A stretch of 61,233 nucleotides of DNA, from the IMG/VR virus record IMGVR_UViG_3300047550_005071, positions 1-61,233 of that record; one strand, written 5' to 3'. Below, one piece after another: positions 1 to 9,314 of the stretch. The position numbers were made by a program, and so were the translations under genes. Numbering within the stretch: position 1 is the stretch's first letter; each line of letters begins with the position of its first letter. The notes below the pieces were generated by a model, which saw only the letters and a program-made list of their open reading frames with translations, did no database searches and was not told the DNA's origin. This DNA is from a virus (Duplodnaviria; Caudoviricetes).

Positions 1-1
1 T

Positions 2-751
2 ATTAGTTGGAGTATCTGTTATTGTTGGTGTAGGCGTTTGTGATGGTGTCTCAGTTGGAGACGCAGTTATTGACGGTGTTGGTGTATTTGTCTGAGTTTG
101 AGATGGAGTTATTGATGGTGTTGGAGTATTTGTTTCTGTCGGTGTTTGAGTTATTGTTGGTGTTTGTGATGGTGTCTCAGTTGGAGACGCAGTTATTGAT
201 GGTGTTGGTGAGTCTGTAACAGTAGGTGTGTTAGTTGGTGTCTGTGTTGGTGTTTGTGTTGCCGTTACAGTTGGAGACGCAGTTATTGATGGTGTTGGTG
301 TATTTGTTTCAGTTGGAGTCGGTGTTGTTGTTGGCGTAGGTGTTGCTGCTGGTGGTGTTGATGTAGGTGTATTTGTTGGAGTCTGAGTAGGAGTCTCGGA
401 TGGTGAAGCCGTAATACTTGGAGTTATGGTTGATGTTGGTGTCTGTGAAGGAGTTTCGGTCGGCGATGAAGTTATTGATGGTGTAGGTGTAGGGGTTGGA
501 GCTGCAGGAGTAGGGGTTGGTGTAGGAGTTACACATTCTAATGTAACAACAACACCATTGAACATTTCTGTCCTTGTGTATCCTGAACCGAATAATGATG
601 CGTCAACATAGATACTGAATGGTCCTAAAGCATTCGAATTTTGTGCTAATCTGACTATATACGTTGTACAACCTGTAACGGTTAACTGTTGTTCTATCTC
701 TGTATTACAACCAGGAGCGTTGTTTTCGACTAAAATTGAATGAAGGGCCAT
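2..751 (-). CDS. Pro/Thr/Ser-rich (mucin-like) putative virion surface or fibre protein; runs off the left edge; absent from the ORF track
   Basis: ATG at 751, open to the window edge: [22 protein letters not shown]...[35 protein letters not shown]...; TATTTAT motif 15 nt upstream. Confidence 0.85.
   Translation of the reverse strand, partial: MALHSILVENNAPGCNTEIEQQLTVTGCTTYIVRLAQNSNALGPFSIYVDASLFGSGYTRTEMFNGVVVTLECVTPTPTPTPAAPTPTPTPSITSSPTETPSQTPTSTITPSITASPSETPTQTPTNTPTSTPPAATPTPTTTPTPTETNTPTPSITASPTVTATQTPTQTPTNTPTVTDSPTPSITASPTETPSQTPTITQTPTETNTPTPSITPSQTQTNTPTPSITASPTETPSQTPTPTITDTPTN
36..308. repeat. Imperfect direct repeats encoding [11 protein letters not shown](E/V)T units
   Basis: CAGTTGGAGACGCAGTTATTGA(C/T)GGTGTTGGT recurs at about 52, 178 and 268. 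Confidence 0.85.
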
Positions 752-817
752 CCGCAGTTTTTTTTAATAAATACCGCAATTCTTTATTTGATTTTATTTA
801 TTATTAAAAAACTTTTA

Positions 818-1213
818 CTAAGCAAGAACAACTCCGCAAGATGGGTCTGTAATATTGAGCGAAACACCACAAGATGGGTCTTGAATATCTAAAGATACCG
901 CACAGTTTGCCTCTTGAATATCGATATTTACAACACAAGATGCCAATTCGATTGTAATATAAAATGTACAACCAAACGTACAATCCAATATTTTTATAGC
1001 TTCGCAGTTATTTGCGTCAACCAATTTCAACATTATTTCAGGTGCGGTCTGAAAAACTGAAGGAATAACGGTGTTATAGTATATTATTGGAGGTACAGTA
1101 GTTCCTGTTGAGATAGTACCAAGCAGTGTTTGATTGTTTCCATATATGTCTGATATGTAAACACTAATAGGGTATGTTCCCCCCGTAATTTCTGTAAGTC
1201 TTACCTGTACCAT
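818..1213 (-). CDS. Small putative structural protein: one SprB/Ig-like unit plus C-terminal 11-aa Cys-led repeats
   Basis: Likely start MVQVRL at 1213 (TAATG overlap with the upstream stop); GGTYP...VDANNC motif; repeats CVVNIDIQEAN/CAVSLDIQDPS/CGVSLNITDPS. Confidence 0.7.
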   Translation of the reverse strand: MVQVRLTEITGGTYPISVYISDIYGNNQTLLGTISTGTTVPPIIYYNTVIPSVFQTAPEIMLKLVDANNCEAIKILDCTFGCTFYITIELASCVVNIDIQEANCAVSLDIQDPSCGVSLNITDPSCGVVLA

Positions 1214-3351
1214 TACGTCAAACACATTATATCGTACTCAATAACAAGTTCCACAACTATTTCTTGCCCGTCAAGTGAATTACTTGCAGGGTTTGTTGCA
1301 ATTGTTATCTGATTATTTATTTGGTCAATTGATACACTCAAGATTCCAGGTATGGAAAGCAATAACTGTTTTATTGTGTCGTACCATAAATTATCCGATG
1401 GAGGATTGTTGAGTGTAGTTGTTGTAAAGAACGTGCTCTGTGCATTTATACCTATTGGACGTGCTGAAACTTTAGCAATGAATTGAGCAGAAATTAAACT
1501 ACAATTTGTATTTCCTGAAGTTAAATCAACATATCCTTCATTCAACATTTGTAAAAGACCAAATTTAGAAGGTGACTGAATATTGAAAATTTCCTCACCC
1601 ATAACATAACATTGATACGAAGTATAATTTGTATTACATGTTATTGTTGTTGACCTATTCAAACTGCATCCAACACTATCAACCACTGAAAGTGAATATG
1701 TTCCCGCAGTCAACCCTGATACTTGAATCTGTTGAGGATTTGATGCAACATTATTTGACCAATTGAATGTAAAAGGTGGTGTACCCGAAGTTATAAAAGC
1801 GGTAATTTGTCCACTGTCTCCATTTCCACAACTAACACTATAAAGACTAAAATCAAGAAAATCACCCTTAGGTACAAAAATTGTTTGAGTTTGTTTACAT
1901 CCTGTAGCGTCTGTAACTGTAACAACATGGTTACCTGAAGCTAAATTATTGAATGTTACTGCAGTTAAGTTAGTATCAATAATATTTTGTATTCCATCGA
2001 CAGAATAATCCAAAGGGAGTGTATATCCTGTGGTAGTTGTTATATAAACACTACCGTTGTTTTGATTACAAGTTGTCCCTGTGATTGTTGTGTCTATTGT
2101 AAACTTATCTGTAGCTAAAATGATAATTTCTCTTGAAAAAACACATCCTGTTGAGTCTTCAACAAAAACAGAATAAGTTCCAGCCGATAAGTTTGGAAAA
2201 ACTTCAATCTGTTGGTTGCCCACCACAACATCTTGTTCCCCAAATTGATTCACCACTGTGTAAGTGTAAGGAGATTGACCTCCCAAAACTGTTACAGTTA
2301 TCTCACCGTCATTTGTTGAACAAAATGAATTTGTTCCAACGATGTTGACTGAACTCATTCCATTTGGTTGAGATAGAGTAGTACCTGTTATAATTTGGCA
2401 AAGTCCTGCGTCGGTAACTTGGAATTGGTAGTCACCTGCAGATAATCCCGATATTGTATATTGTTGAGCGTAAGAAATAAGAACCGCACCTGTTGAAGCG
2501 GAATAATAATATGGAGCGCTTCCACCTGTTAAAGTTAGAGTTATTGAACCATCACTTTGGAAACAAGTAGGATTTGTTATTCCTGTGAAGAATGCCCCCA
2601 TTGGGTCTACATTTATTACTGTCGCTTCTTTTGTTGTAATACATCCAAAACCATCCGTAACTTGTACGGAATAAGAAGCCGCAGTCAATCCTGTCGCTGT
2701 AGAACCTGTTTGTCCGTTTGACCACAAATATGTAAAAGGTTGTTGCCCCGTAAGACCTGTAATCATTATCTTACCAATCGGGGTTCCACCACAACTTGAG
2801 TTTGGTACTGAATATAATCCGTAGTTTGTTATTGTTGATTGTTCAACTATAAAAGTTTGACTAGTTCCCGAACAACCCCCCAAATCTTCGACAGTTAGAT
2901 AATAGGTTCCAGCCGACAAGTTTGTGAAAACAACGTTAGTTTGATTCGTGGTGGCAGAATTTATAAAAGTTCCATCACCTGAATAAATAAAAAAGTCTGC
3001 CGATGAATACACCGTGGTCGATGTTCCTGTTACTGACCCATTATCTAAACCACAGGTTGTATTATTGACGGAAACAACACTACAACAAGTACCACTTGAT
3101 ATTGGTATATTGAGATTGAAACTAAGGTTTGTAGGTAACGTACTATCATTAACTGTTAATTGAACTGTTTGTGAAAATAAGCCTGGTCTTGTGTAAGGTA
3201 CATTTTCGCCAACTGTTTCAGAGGCTTGAATTGGACTTACAAATTGAATTGTATATGGTGGTACCGCTCCCGAGAATGAAATTTGGTATGCACCAGTTCC
3301 TAATCCTTGGCAATCCCCACTAACCGATAAATTATATGCAAATGATGCCAT
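1213..3351 (-). CDS. SprB-repeat adhesin-like protein (putative tail fibre / receptor-binding)
   Basis: About 7 repeats of C..xxG(S/Q)I....GG.xPY.Y.....GL.AGxYxxxVxDxxGC, typical of Bacteroidota SprB repeats. Confidence 0.75.
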   Translation of the reverse strand: MASFAYNLSVSGDCQGLGTGAYQISFSGAVPPYTIQFVSPIQASETVGENVPYTRPGLFSQTVQLTVNDSTLPTNLSFNLNIPISSGTCCSVVSVNNTTCGLDNGSVTGTSTTVYSSADFFIYSGDGTFINSATTNQTNVVFTNLSAGTYYLTVEDLGGCSGTSQTFIVEQSTITNYGLYSVPNSSCGGTPIGKIMITGLTGQQPFTYLWSNGQTGSTATGLTAASYSVQVTDGFGCITTKEATVINVDPMGAFFTGITNPTCFQSDGSITLTLTGGSAPYYYSASTGAVLISYAQQYTISGLSAGDYQFQVTDAGLCQIITGTTLSQPNGMSSVNIVGTNSFCSTNDGEITVTVLGGQSPYTYTVVNQFGEQDVVVGNQQIEVFPNLSAGTYSVFVEDSTGCVFSREIIILATDKFTIDTTITGTTCNQNNGSVYITTTTGYTLPLDYSVDGIQNIIDTNLTAVTFNNLASGNHVVTVTDATGCKQTQTIFVPKGDFLDFSLYSVSCGNGDSGQITAFITSGTPPFTFNWSNNVASNPQQIQVSGLTAGTYSLSVVDSVGCSLNRSTTITCNTNYTSYQCYVMGEEIFNIQSPSKFGLLQMLNEGYVDLTSGNTNCSLISAQFIAKVSARPIGINAQSTFFTTTTLNNPPSDNLWYDTIKQLLLSIPGILSVSIDQINNQITIATNPASNSLDGQEIVVELVIEYDIMCLT

Positions 3352-3357
3352 ATTTTA

Positions 3358-6336
3358 TTAACAATTTATACTAATATCCATACAGACATTAAGTTTCACA
3401 GATTTATTCAAGTTTGTTGGCGTACAAGTCATGTTTGTAATAGTCAAGTTATTACCATTAAGAAAATATGTAAATCCAAATGGGTAAAGTGCGGGTAAAT
3501 TTTGTATAAGAGCGTTTCTCCAATTTGAATTTGTAGGAACGTCAGTAAAACCATAACCAGTATAGAACGGTTTTTTGATGATTTGGTTATTTCCTATAAT
3601 CAAATCAACATACCATACGGTTTGAACAGAGCTTTGAATACAATTATTTAATGTTAACCCTTGTTCTGCTAACATTATATTGAGTCTGTTTGCCAGAATT
3701 GATTGGAAGTTTGAAACACTTCTATCTCCATTCAACCAAGCGTATATATTGAAGTCCGTGTATTCTGTTTGGCATGTATAATCGAATATATTTGTGATAA
3801 TAAAACACGGTTCAACTGGAACTGGTATAAATTGGCATCCTCTTTGTCTTCTATATACAAATTTTTGTTTTTGAAGCACTGAGTTTTCAAGTCTTGTACC
3901 TGTATTCCATATTGTTGTGGCTGGAATCATTTGTTCAACAAGTTTCATCCAATATGGTCCCATTCCATTTATATAATCAATCAATTTTTGATATGTATAT
4001 TTGTTATTTGGGATACCAACCGTCTGTTCGGATTCGATATACTTCCACCATATAGATTGTAGTGTTGGATACCCTCCTGTTTTACCATCAGTTATGTATT
4101 GTCTGTTCCTCACATTAATCATATTCTCCCAAAATGTCTGATAGAATTCAAAAAAAGTTTTCTTTTTTGGTTCGGGATTAACAAAAGTAGAGTCAACACC
4201 TCCAGGTACGGGATAACCAATTGTTAAACCCGATTCAGGTATAGGGTAATCATATCTAACCGAAGAGTCCCAAACATCATACACAAGACCTTGGGCAGGA
4301 TTCAAAAACAAATCAATATTTTTAACATTCAGAACTAATTTTTCATTATCTGCATAGTAATAAGCATTGAAATTTGCATCTTTGGACACTCTTATTTTGT
4401 CGTCTTCCTCAAGCCATGATTTGTTATTATCAACTACTTTCTTCAACTTGAATCCTTCAGTCATATATGGAAAACTTCTAAACCTGTTAAGGTATTGTTG
4501 TCCGTATGTGAATGGTTGGAGTTGGGTTTGTATATCGTAGTTTTGCCCAGTGTAAACTTGTCCTGTTAATTGTACTTCGTCAGGGCTCCTATGTGAAGGT
4601 GTGGTTTCATACCACCCCGCCCCTAATTGGAAAAAGTAATCTTCAGTATTTCTAGGGGCTTTTGGATAACCTTCAAAGTCAATCGGATAATCATCAAGCT
4701 CAATTTGAACATCTTCATAAGTGTCCTCAGTTGTAAATGCACTAAATGTTTTCCCTTTTATTTTATACGTCGAATTGGGTAAAAAGGCTGGAGTAGATTG
4801 AACATACGTACCTCCCGATATTTTAGCATATTGTGCTTCAAATTGGTCAATGTTAATTTTTTGGTCAGCTAAATAAATGTGTTCGTTGAATTCTATCAAA
4901 GATTCAGGAGCCCCAATTAACCTCATCATGAATTCAACAGACCTCCTAGTCCCTTTAGATTTGAATAGATATGCCGAATTCAAAATTAAATTTCTATAAA
5001 AAGCATAATTCAATTCAGTAGGGGTAAGGGCTCTCGCATATCCTGGATAAGTTGGGGTTTGAGTATTACCAAATACCGAGTCTAAAAAATCTATATCCGT
5101 AATTGGAGAAAAGTTTGCAGTCCATCCAAGAGTTTGTGCTAAGTTTACAAGTAGTTGTGATGGTATATCATTTCCAACATTATAGTTTACAGAATTCATA
5201 AACGCCAAAGAGTCGATGAATTGTTTTACTTCATCAAAACTTCTTCCGTAGATTTGAAAAATTTTCTCAACTTTTCTATCCAAGGTATCAAACTCCTTTA
5301 GAGACGCTGAAATTAAAAATCTCGAGATTAGATTTGTCTTATACGAATCCAAATCTTCGGCTATCGCACCTAATTGTGTTAAGTAGTCTTCAAATAAGAA
5401 AGAACGTATGTCTAAGTTCCAAGGACCGTCCTTTGGCCAAGTTACGGACTGATTATCTGTATAGTATTGACCATCAGCATTTTGTCTTGGTATTTGAAAC
5501 ACTGAGGTATATTCAGGCTGAATTAACCTGTTCATCAAAAACTTCTCAACCTCATCTAAAGACTCCGCAAATATCTTATCAACAACGAAATCATTCGGTC
5601 TTATTTGGTATTCCGCCAAGAATGTTGTTGCCGATTTACCAAAAGGTGCACCTGAAACAGTAAAAGACACATTACCTGAAGATAGTGTCTGAGACGGGGT
5701 GAAAGAAACCACTTTGAAAATATCATCGTTATATGCAATACAATAATCCAAATAGGTGTTATATAAATTTCTATAAGGTGAAACCGCAATTTCTCTCAAA
5801 TTCAAATTTGTTGCCGCACTTACAGAATAATCTATATCGAAAGGGTTTTTAATCCTATCTACATTTATATCAAAACTTGTTTCATCATACACTGGGTCAT
5901 AAACAATGTTTTCCGCTGTATATCCAGTATAGAATTCTGAGTTCAAAAATTGAACGTCCAATGATGCTGGAAAAACATTTATAATATGAGAAATCGATAC
6001 TTGGAATCTTTTTGATAATGAACCATATAATGAAAAATTCATTACTTGAGAAACGTCGAAGTTTGGATATACTCTAAATTGAGTTGCCATTATTCTACGG
6101 CTCTCAAATACATTATCAATATCCAATTGACTTAAATCTATTGGTTCTGAAAATGCTCCGACATTAAATCTTCTATTAACTTTTTCAACAACTGCGGTAG
6201 TAAATTCGAAGTTTCCTTGCGTAAGACCTCCCCCCTCTACTGTTTGTAATCCTACGATGTTATCAGAGAAGGTTGCCGCTCCACTACCTGGTCTCGGTGG
6301 ATAGAAATACTTCGTTTTTCTTATTGTTGTTGCCAT
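3358..6336 (-). CDS. Baseplate wedge protein (P2 gpI / T4 gp7-like)
   Basis: LLVNLAQTLGW ... YLFKSKGTRRSVEFMMRLIG resembles the Tail_P2_I motif; located in the baseplate cluster. Confidence 0.6.
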   Translation of the reverse strand: MATTIRKTKYFYPPRPGSGAATFSDNIVGLQTVEGGGLTQGNFEFTTAVVEKVNRRFNVGAFSEPIDLSQLDIDNVFESRRIMATQFRVYPNFDVSQVMNFSLYGSLSKRFQVSISHIINVFPASLDVQFLNSEFYTGYTAENIVYDPVYDETSFDINVDRIKNPFDIDYSVSAATNLNLREIAVSPYRNLYNTYLDYCIAYNDDIFKVVSFTPSQTLSSGNVSFTVSGAPFGKSATTFLAEYQIRPNDFVVDKIFAESLDEVEKFLMNRLIQPEYTSVFQIPRQNADGQYYTDNQSVTWPKDGPWNLDIRSFLFEDYLTQLGAIAEDLDSYKTNLISRFLISASLKEFDTLDRKVEKIFQIYGRSFDEVKQFIDSLAFMNSVNYNVGNDIPSQLLVNLAQTLGWTANFSPITDIDFLDSVFGNTQTPTYPGYARALTPTELNYAFYRNLILNSAYLFKSKGTRRSVEFMMRLIGAPESLIEFNEHIYLADQKINIDQFEAQYAKISGGTYVQSTPAFLPNSTYKIKGKTFSAFTTEDTYEDVQIELDDYPIDFEGYPKAPRNTEDYFFQLGAGWYETTPSHRSPDEVQLTGQVYTGQNYDIQTQLQPFTYGQQYLNRFRSFPYMTEGFKLKKVVDNNKSWLEEDDKIRVSKDANFNAYYYADNEKLVLNVKNIDLFLNPAQGLVYDVWDSSVRYDYPIPESGLTIGYPVPGGVDSTFVNPEPKKKTFFEFYQTFWENMINVRNRQYITDGKTGGYPTLQSIWWKYIESEQTVGIPNNKYTYQKLIDYINGMGPYWMKLVEQMIPATTIWNTGTRLENSVLQKQKFVYRRQRGCQFIPVPVEPCFIITNIFDYTCQTEYTDFNIYAWLNGDRSVSNFQSILANRLNIMLAEQGLTLNNCIQSSVQTVWYVDLIIGNNQIIKKPFYTGYGFTDVPTNSNWRNALIQNLPALYPFGFTYFLNGNNLTITNMTCTPTNLNKSVKLNVCMDISINC

Positions 6337-7244
6337 TAACTAGTAATTGATGTAAAGTTTTTACTGAAATCGATATTATCACCTCTGTTCTGTCTAACCT
6401 CATACAATAAAGCATTAAATTGGTCTCTAACCTCATACAAGTTGTATTGTCTGAATATATTGTTTTGACTATCGTAGATAGTGTAGATACCATCATCAAT
6501 AGACTTAGTCTGATTACCATAAAGAGCAATTGCAAGTGTTGATATATCGTATTCGACCATTTCGATTTCCAATGTTACAGGATTGAAATAGGTGTTAGAT
6601 ATAAGAATATCTTGGTCAGGTTGTCCGATAAATGGTGTTGCGTTTGGTTTATTAGTTGGAGAAGAAGAAGGTGATACAGTTAGAAATAACAAGTTAGAAT
6701 CCCCTTCAACATATCTATATCTAATAGCTTTTTGTGTGGTATTAACCTCATTAGTTGTTACTGGCTCACAAAAAAAACAAGATGTTACAACTCTAAAAAA
6801 GTTTGGTATTTTGGAACCGTCAGAATTTAAGTATTCAATTCTAAATCCTACTAACCCCTGTGGAACAAATTTATTTTGAAATTGTGGGTCAACATTACTC
6901 AAATCAATAACAATTCCTTTTACGTTTGGGAGAGCAGCTAACACACCACAATCTGTTATCACAGTACGAATTTGCGCAGGTCTTAAATAAAGAGTATAAA
7001 TTCCCAAGGCGTTAAATTGGTTTGCAGGTAAAGTCAAATTATATAACCCTCCGATGACCTCAACGCCAGCGTTTCCACCCGTTTCAGTATTTTCAAAATA
7101 CGGTCTCAAAAGACTTTGAGCATCAAGTTTAGTTAACACAAAAGAATCTGTTGCATCTCTTGTGGGTGTGTAATTCATGATTATCTCAACATCTGCTGGT
7201 GAAACATCACTCGGTCTTATTGTTCCATATGAACCTATTGCCAT
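6336..7244 (-). CDS. Hypothetical virion/baseplate protein
   Basis: 302-aa ORF, TAATG-coupled to the next gene, TATTTAT motif upstream. Confidence 0.6.
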   Translation of the reverse strand: MAIGSYGTIRPSDVSPADVEIIMNYTPTRDATDSFVLTKLDAQSLLRPYFENTETGGNAGVEVIGGLYNLTLPANQFNALGIYTLYLRPAQIRTVITDCGVLAALPNVKGIVIDLSNVDPQFQNKFVPQGLVGFRIEYLNSDGSKIPNFFRVVTSCFFCEPVTTNEVNTTQKAIRYRYVEGDSNLLFLTVSPSSSPTNKPNATPFIGQPDQDILISNTYFNPVTLEIEMVEYDISTLAIALYGNQTKSIDDGIYTIYDSQNNIFRQYNLYEVRDQFNALLYEVRQNRGDNIDFSKNFTSITS

Positions 7245-7269
7245 ACAAGTTTAATTTTCTATAAATAGT

Positions 7270-8376
7270 TTATGAGCCTTTTTCTACGACATTAAAAAAT
7301 CCGTAACCATAGTTTATCATGTCTCCCAAATTGTCCACTTCACCCAACCTTTGAACTCTTTCATAAGCACTGTTTTTTCCTCTCTCCACAAAGACGTTGG
7401 TTAATATCTTCGGTTGGTCCATAACCTTTAATAAGGTTTCATTTTTGGTGATTGGTTCTGCAGTTAGATTGTTTGGTGTAAAACCTGATGATGGTTGATA
7501 AAAAATTGTTATTCCATCTTTATAATCAATATAGTTAGAATCTTGAATAGTGTATGCTGTAAATCCATTACCTATGTTTGTAATTGAACCCCACAATACT
7601 CCATTATTAATAATTGGTAAATTTATTCTTTGAGCTGGTGTGAGCGTCCCATAAGGTTTAAGTTCGGTTAATCTTGACCTTGTGAGACCTGTAACAGTGA
7701 ATGGTACAGTAACATAATCTGAAGAAATTTGTGCAGAGACTTCGTTCACTGCATCCCCTGAAAATATATAATCATAAGACACAGGGGTTCCAATCCACTT
7801 ACCAAAAGATGGTGCAAAAAAACACTCTCCTTTCGGATTAGGTGGATTCACAATTTTATAAGGAACTGTGATTGTTTTAACAACAGTATTAACACCCCAT
7901 GGATTGATTTGTTCCAAAGTTATTTTATAACTTTTCGATGTTCCAATTGGTGGTGTTGGGTAAGTGTGGTTGATTGAGTTTGGAGTATAAGTAGTAATTG
8001 TTTGTTTTGGTGAGTTGTCTCCCCAATCTACTCTATACGATGATAGGGCCAAGTAATTAGCAAATTGTTCGGATGTGTTATAAACATAATAAGTCATCGG
8101 GCTTCCTGTAGTCGCAGAAAAAAGAAAACTCGTCACAGTATCCTTTTGATGTATTGCCCCATCAAATGGTGAATAATACCCCGCGTCTACCGCACTTTGT
8201 CTAAGTAGGATTGGTATTGAAACTTTTTTCAATAGTGAAGACCCGCCAGGTCCTGAACTAACCACCTTAGTCATAGCAGAATACACACCCACAGATAATC
8301 CACTATAGTTTACAACCGCCAAATCACCTCTTACATTCTCGGGCGATATAATATATTTGTAGTAATCTTGTATCAT
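7270..8376 (-). CDS. Putative structural protein with PKD-like Ig domain
   Basis: YRVDWGDNSP...INHTY...YKITL matches the PKD signature (WGD...H.Y...Y.V.L). Confidence 0.6.
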   Translation of the reverse strand: MIQDYYKYIISPENVRGDLAVVNYSGLSVGVYSAMTKVVSSGPGGSSLLKKVSIPILLRQSAVDAGYYSPFDGAIHQKDTVTSFLFSATTGSPMTYYVYNTSEQFANYLALSSYRVDWGDNSPKQTITTYTPNSINHTYPTPPIGTSKSYKITLEQINPWGVNTVVKTITVPYKIVNPPNPKGECFFAPSFGKWIGTPVSYDYIFSGDAVNEVSAQISSDYVTVPFTVTGLTRSRLTELKPYGTLTPAQRINLPIINNGVLWGSITNIGNGFTAYTIQDSNYIDYKDGITIFYQPSSGFTPNNLTAEPITKNETLLKVMDQPKILTNVFVERGKNSAYERVQRLGEVDNLGDMINYGYGFFNVVEKGS

Positions 8377-9314
8377 GGATTAATATATTCAAACCATTTT
8401 ATAGGTATATTTGTACCTAACCTTTGACCAAAAGTATTGTAAACTTGATATGTCTGAGTTGGGTAATCAAGTTGTACGGTGTAATAAAAATATTGTGTAT
8501 TATCAAAGGTTGTTCTCTCTCCCGTAGACATACAAGCTTGGGGACCTAAAGTCTTGTCGGGATTAAGATATGTTGGCCATTGTTGTTGGCAGGGAGCAGT
8601 AGCACTTGTTGGGTCCCAACCTCTACCAGTCATCATCTTTGTAAATTTGCCCGTCCTTGCATTGTAGAACTTAGCAGACATATAAAATGTAGATATGTTG
8701 AGAAAGTTCCTTTTTTTCAACCAATAAATAAAAAATCCTTCTTTGTCTCCATTGAAATCTAATACAAACTCTGGTTTATGAACTGAAACCAATGTTCTTT
8801 GCATTTGGGCATCCATCTTTAGTCCCTGTTGTGTTGGGATTATTATTGTAACATAGTTTGTTTGTCTTTTCTCATCAGGAGTATCATACAAATCCAACTT
8901 GAAAAAAGAATTGGTGAATGAATTTGTGTAGTAATATAAATCTTGTGGTGAAAACCCTTCTCCCAAATAATTTATTTGCCAATTATTTATATCGTTAATT
9001 GACCCTCCCGAATAAAAATAAAACTCGTAGTTTACAAATGTTGCTTCCGATTGTCCTGGCACCGACTGAGAATTACCGTTACCAATCTGACCTGTAGTTG
9101 TATTAATATAAATTGAAGGGCTATTATGGGGAGCGTGCGAAAATCTTGAAACTTCGAAGTCTCTACCTTTTCCAATTACTTCTTCAATAATTTTTGTTTC
9201 ATATTCGTCTATTGCATCGTCCAATCCAAGATAATCCCACGTAAGTTCTATGGGAATATTAATTTGTTTTGAAACTCCTCCTTGTCGTAATATTTGAAAT
9301 TTATTCACATCCAT
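8373..9314 (-). CDS. Hypothetical virion protein
   Basis: 313-aa ORF overlapping its neighbours in the structural operon. Confidence 0.6.
   Translation of the reverse strand: MDVNKFQILRQGGVSKQINIPIELTWDYLGLDDAIDEYETKIIEEVIGKGRDFEVSRFSHAPHNSPSIYINTTTGQIGNGNSQSVPGQSEATFVNYEFYFYSGGSINDINNWQINYLGEGFSPQDLYYYTNSFTNSFFKLDLYDTPDEKRQTNYVTIIIPTQQGLKMDAQMQRTLVSVHKPEFVLDFNGDKEGFFIYWLKKRNFLNISTFYMSAKFYNARTGKFTKMMTGRGWDPTSATAPCQQQWPTYLNPDKTLGPQACMSTGERTTFDNTQYFYYTVQLDYPTQTYQVYNTFGQRLGTNIPIKWFEYINP

Noticed and set aside
36-308. Repeats as a possible CRISPR array
   Set aside because: Irregular spacing, low-complexity 'spacers', in-frame coding of TPS repeats, and no cas genes
309-611. ORF-track calls 309..536 (-) and 426..611 (+)
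   Set aside because: Alternative-frame and antisense shadows of the real Pro/Thr-rich ORF starting at 751
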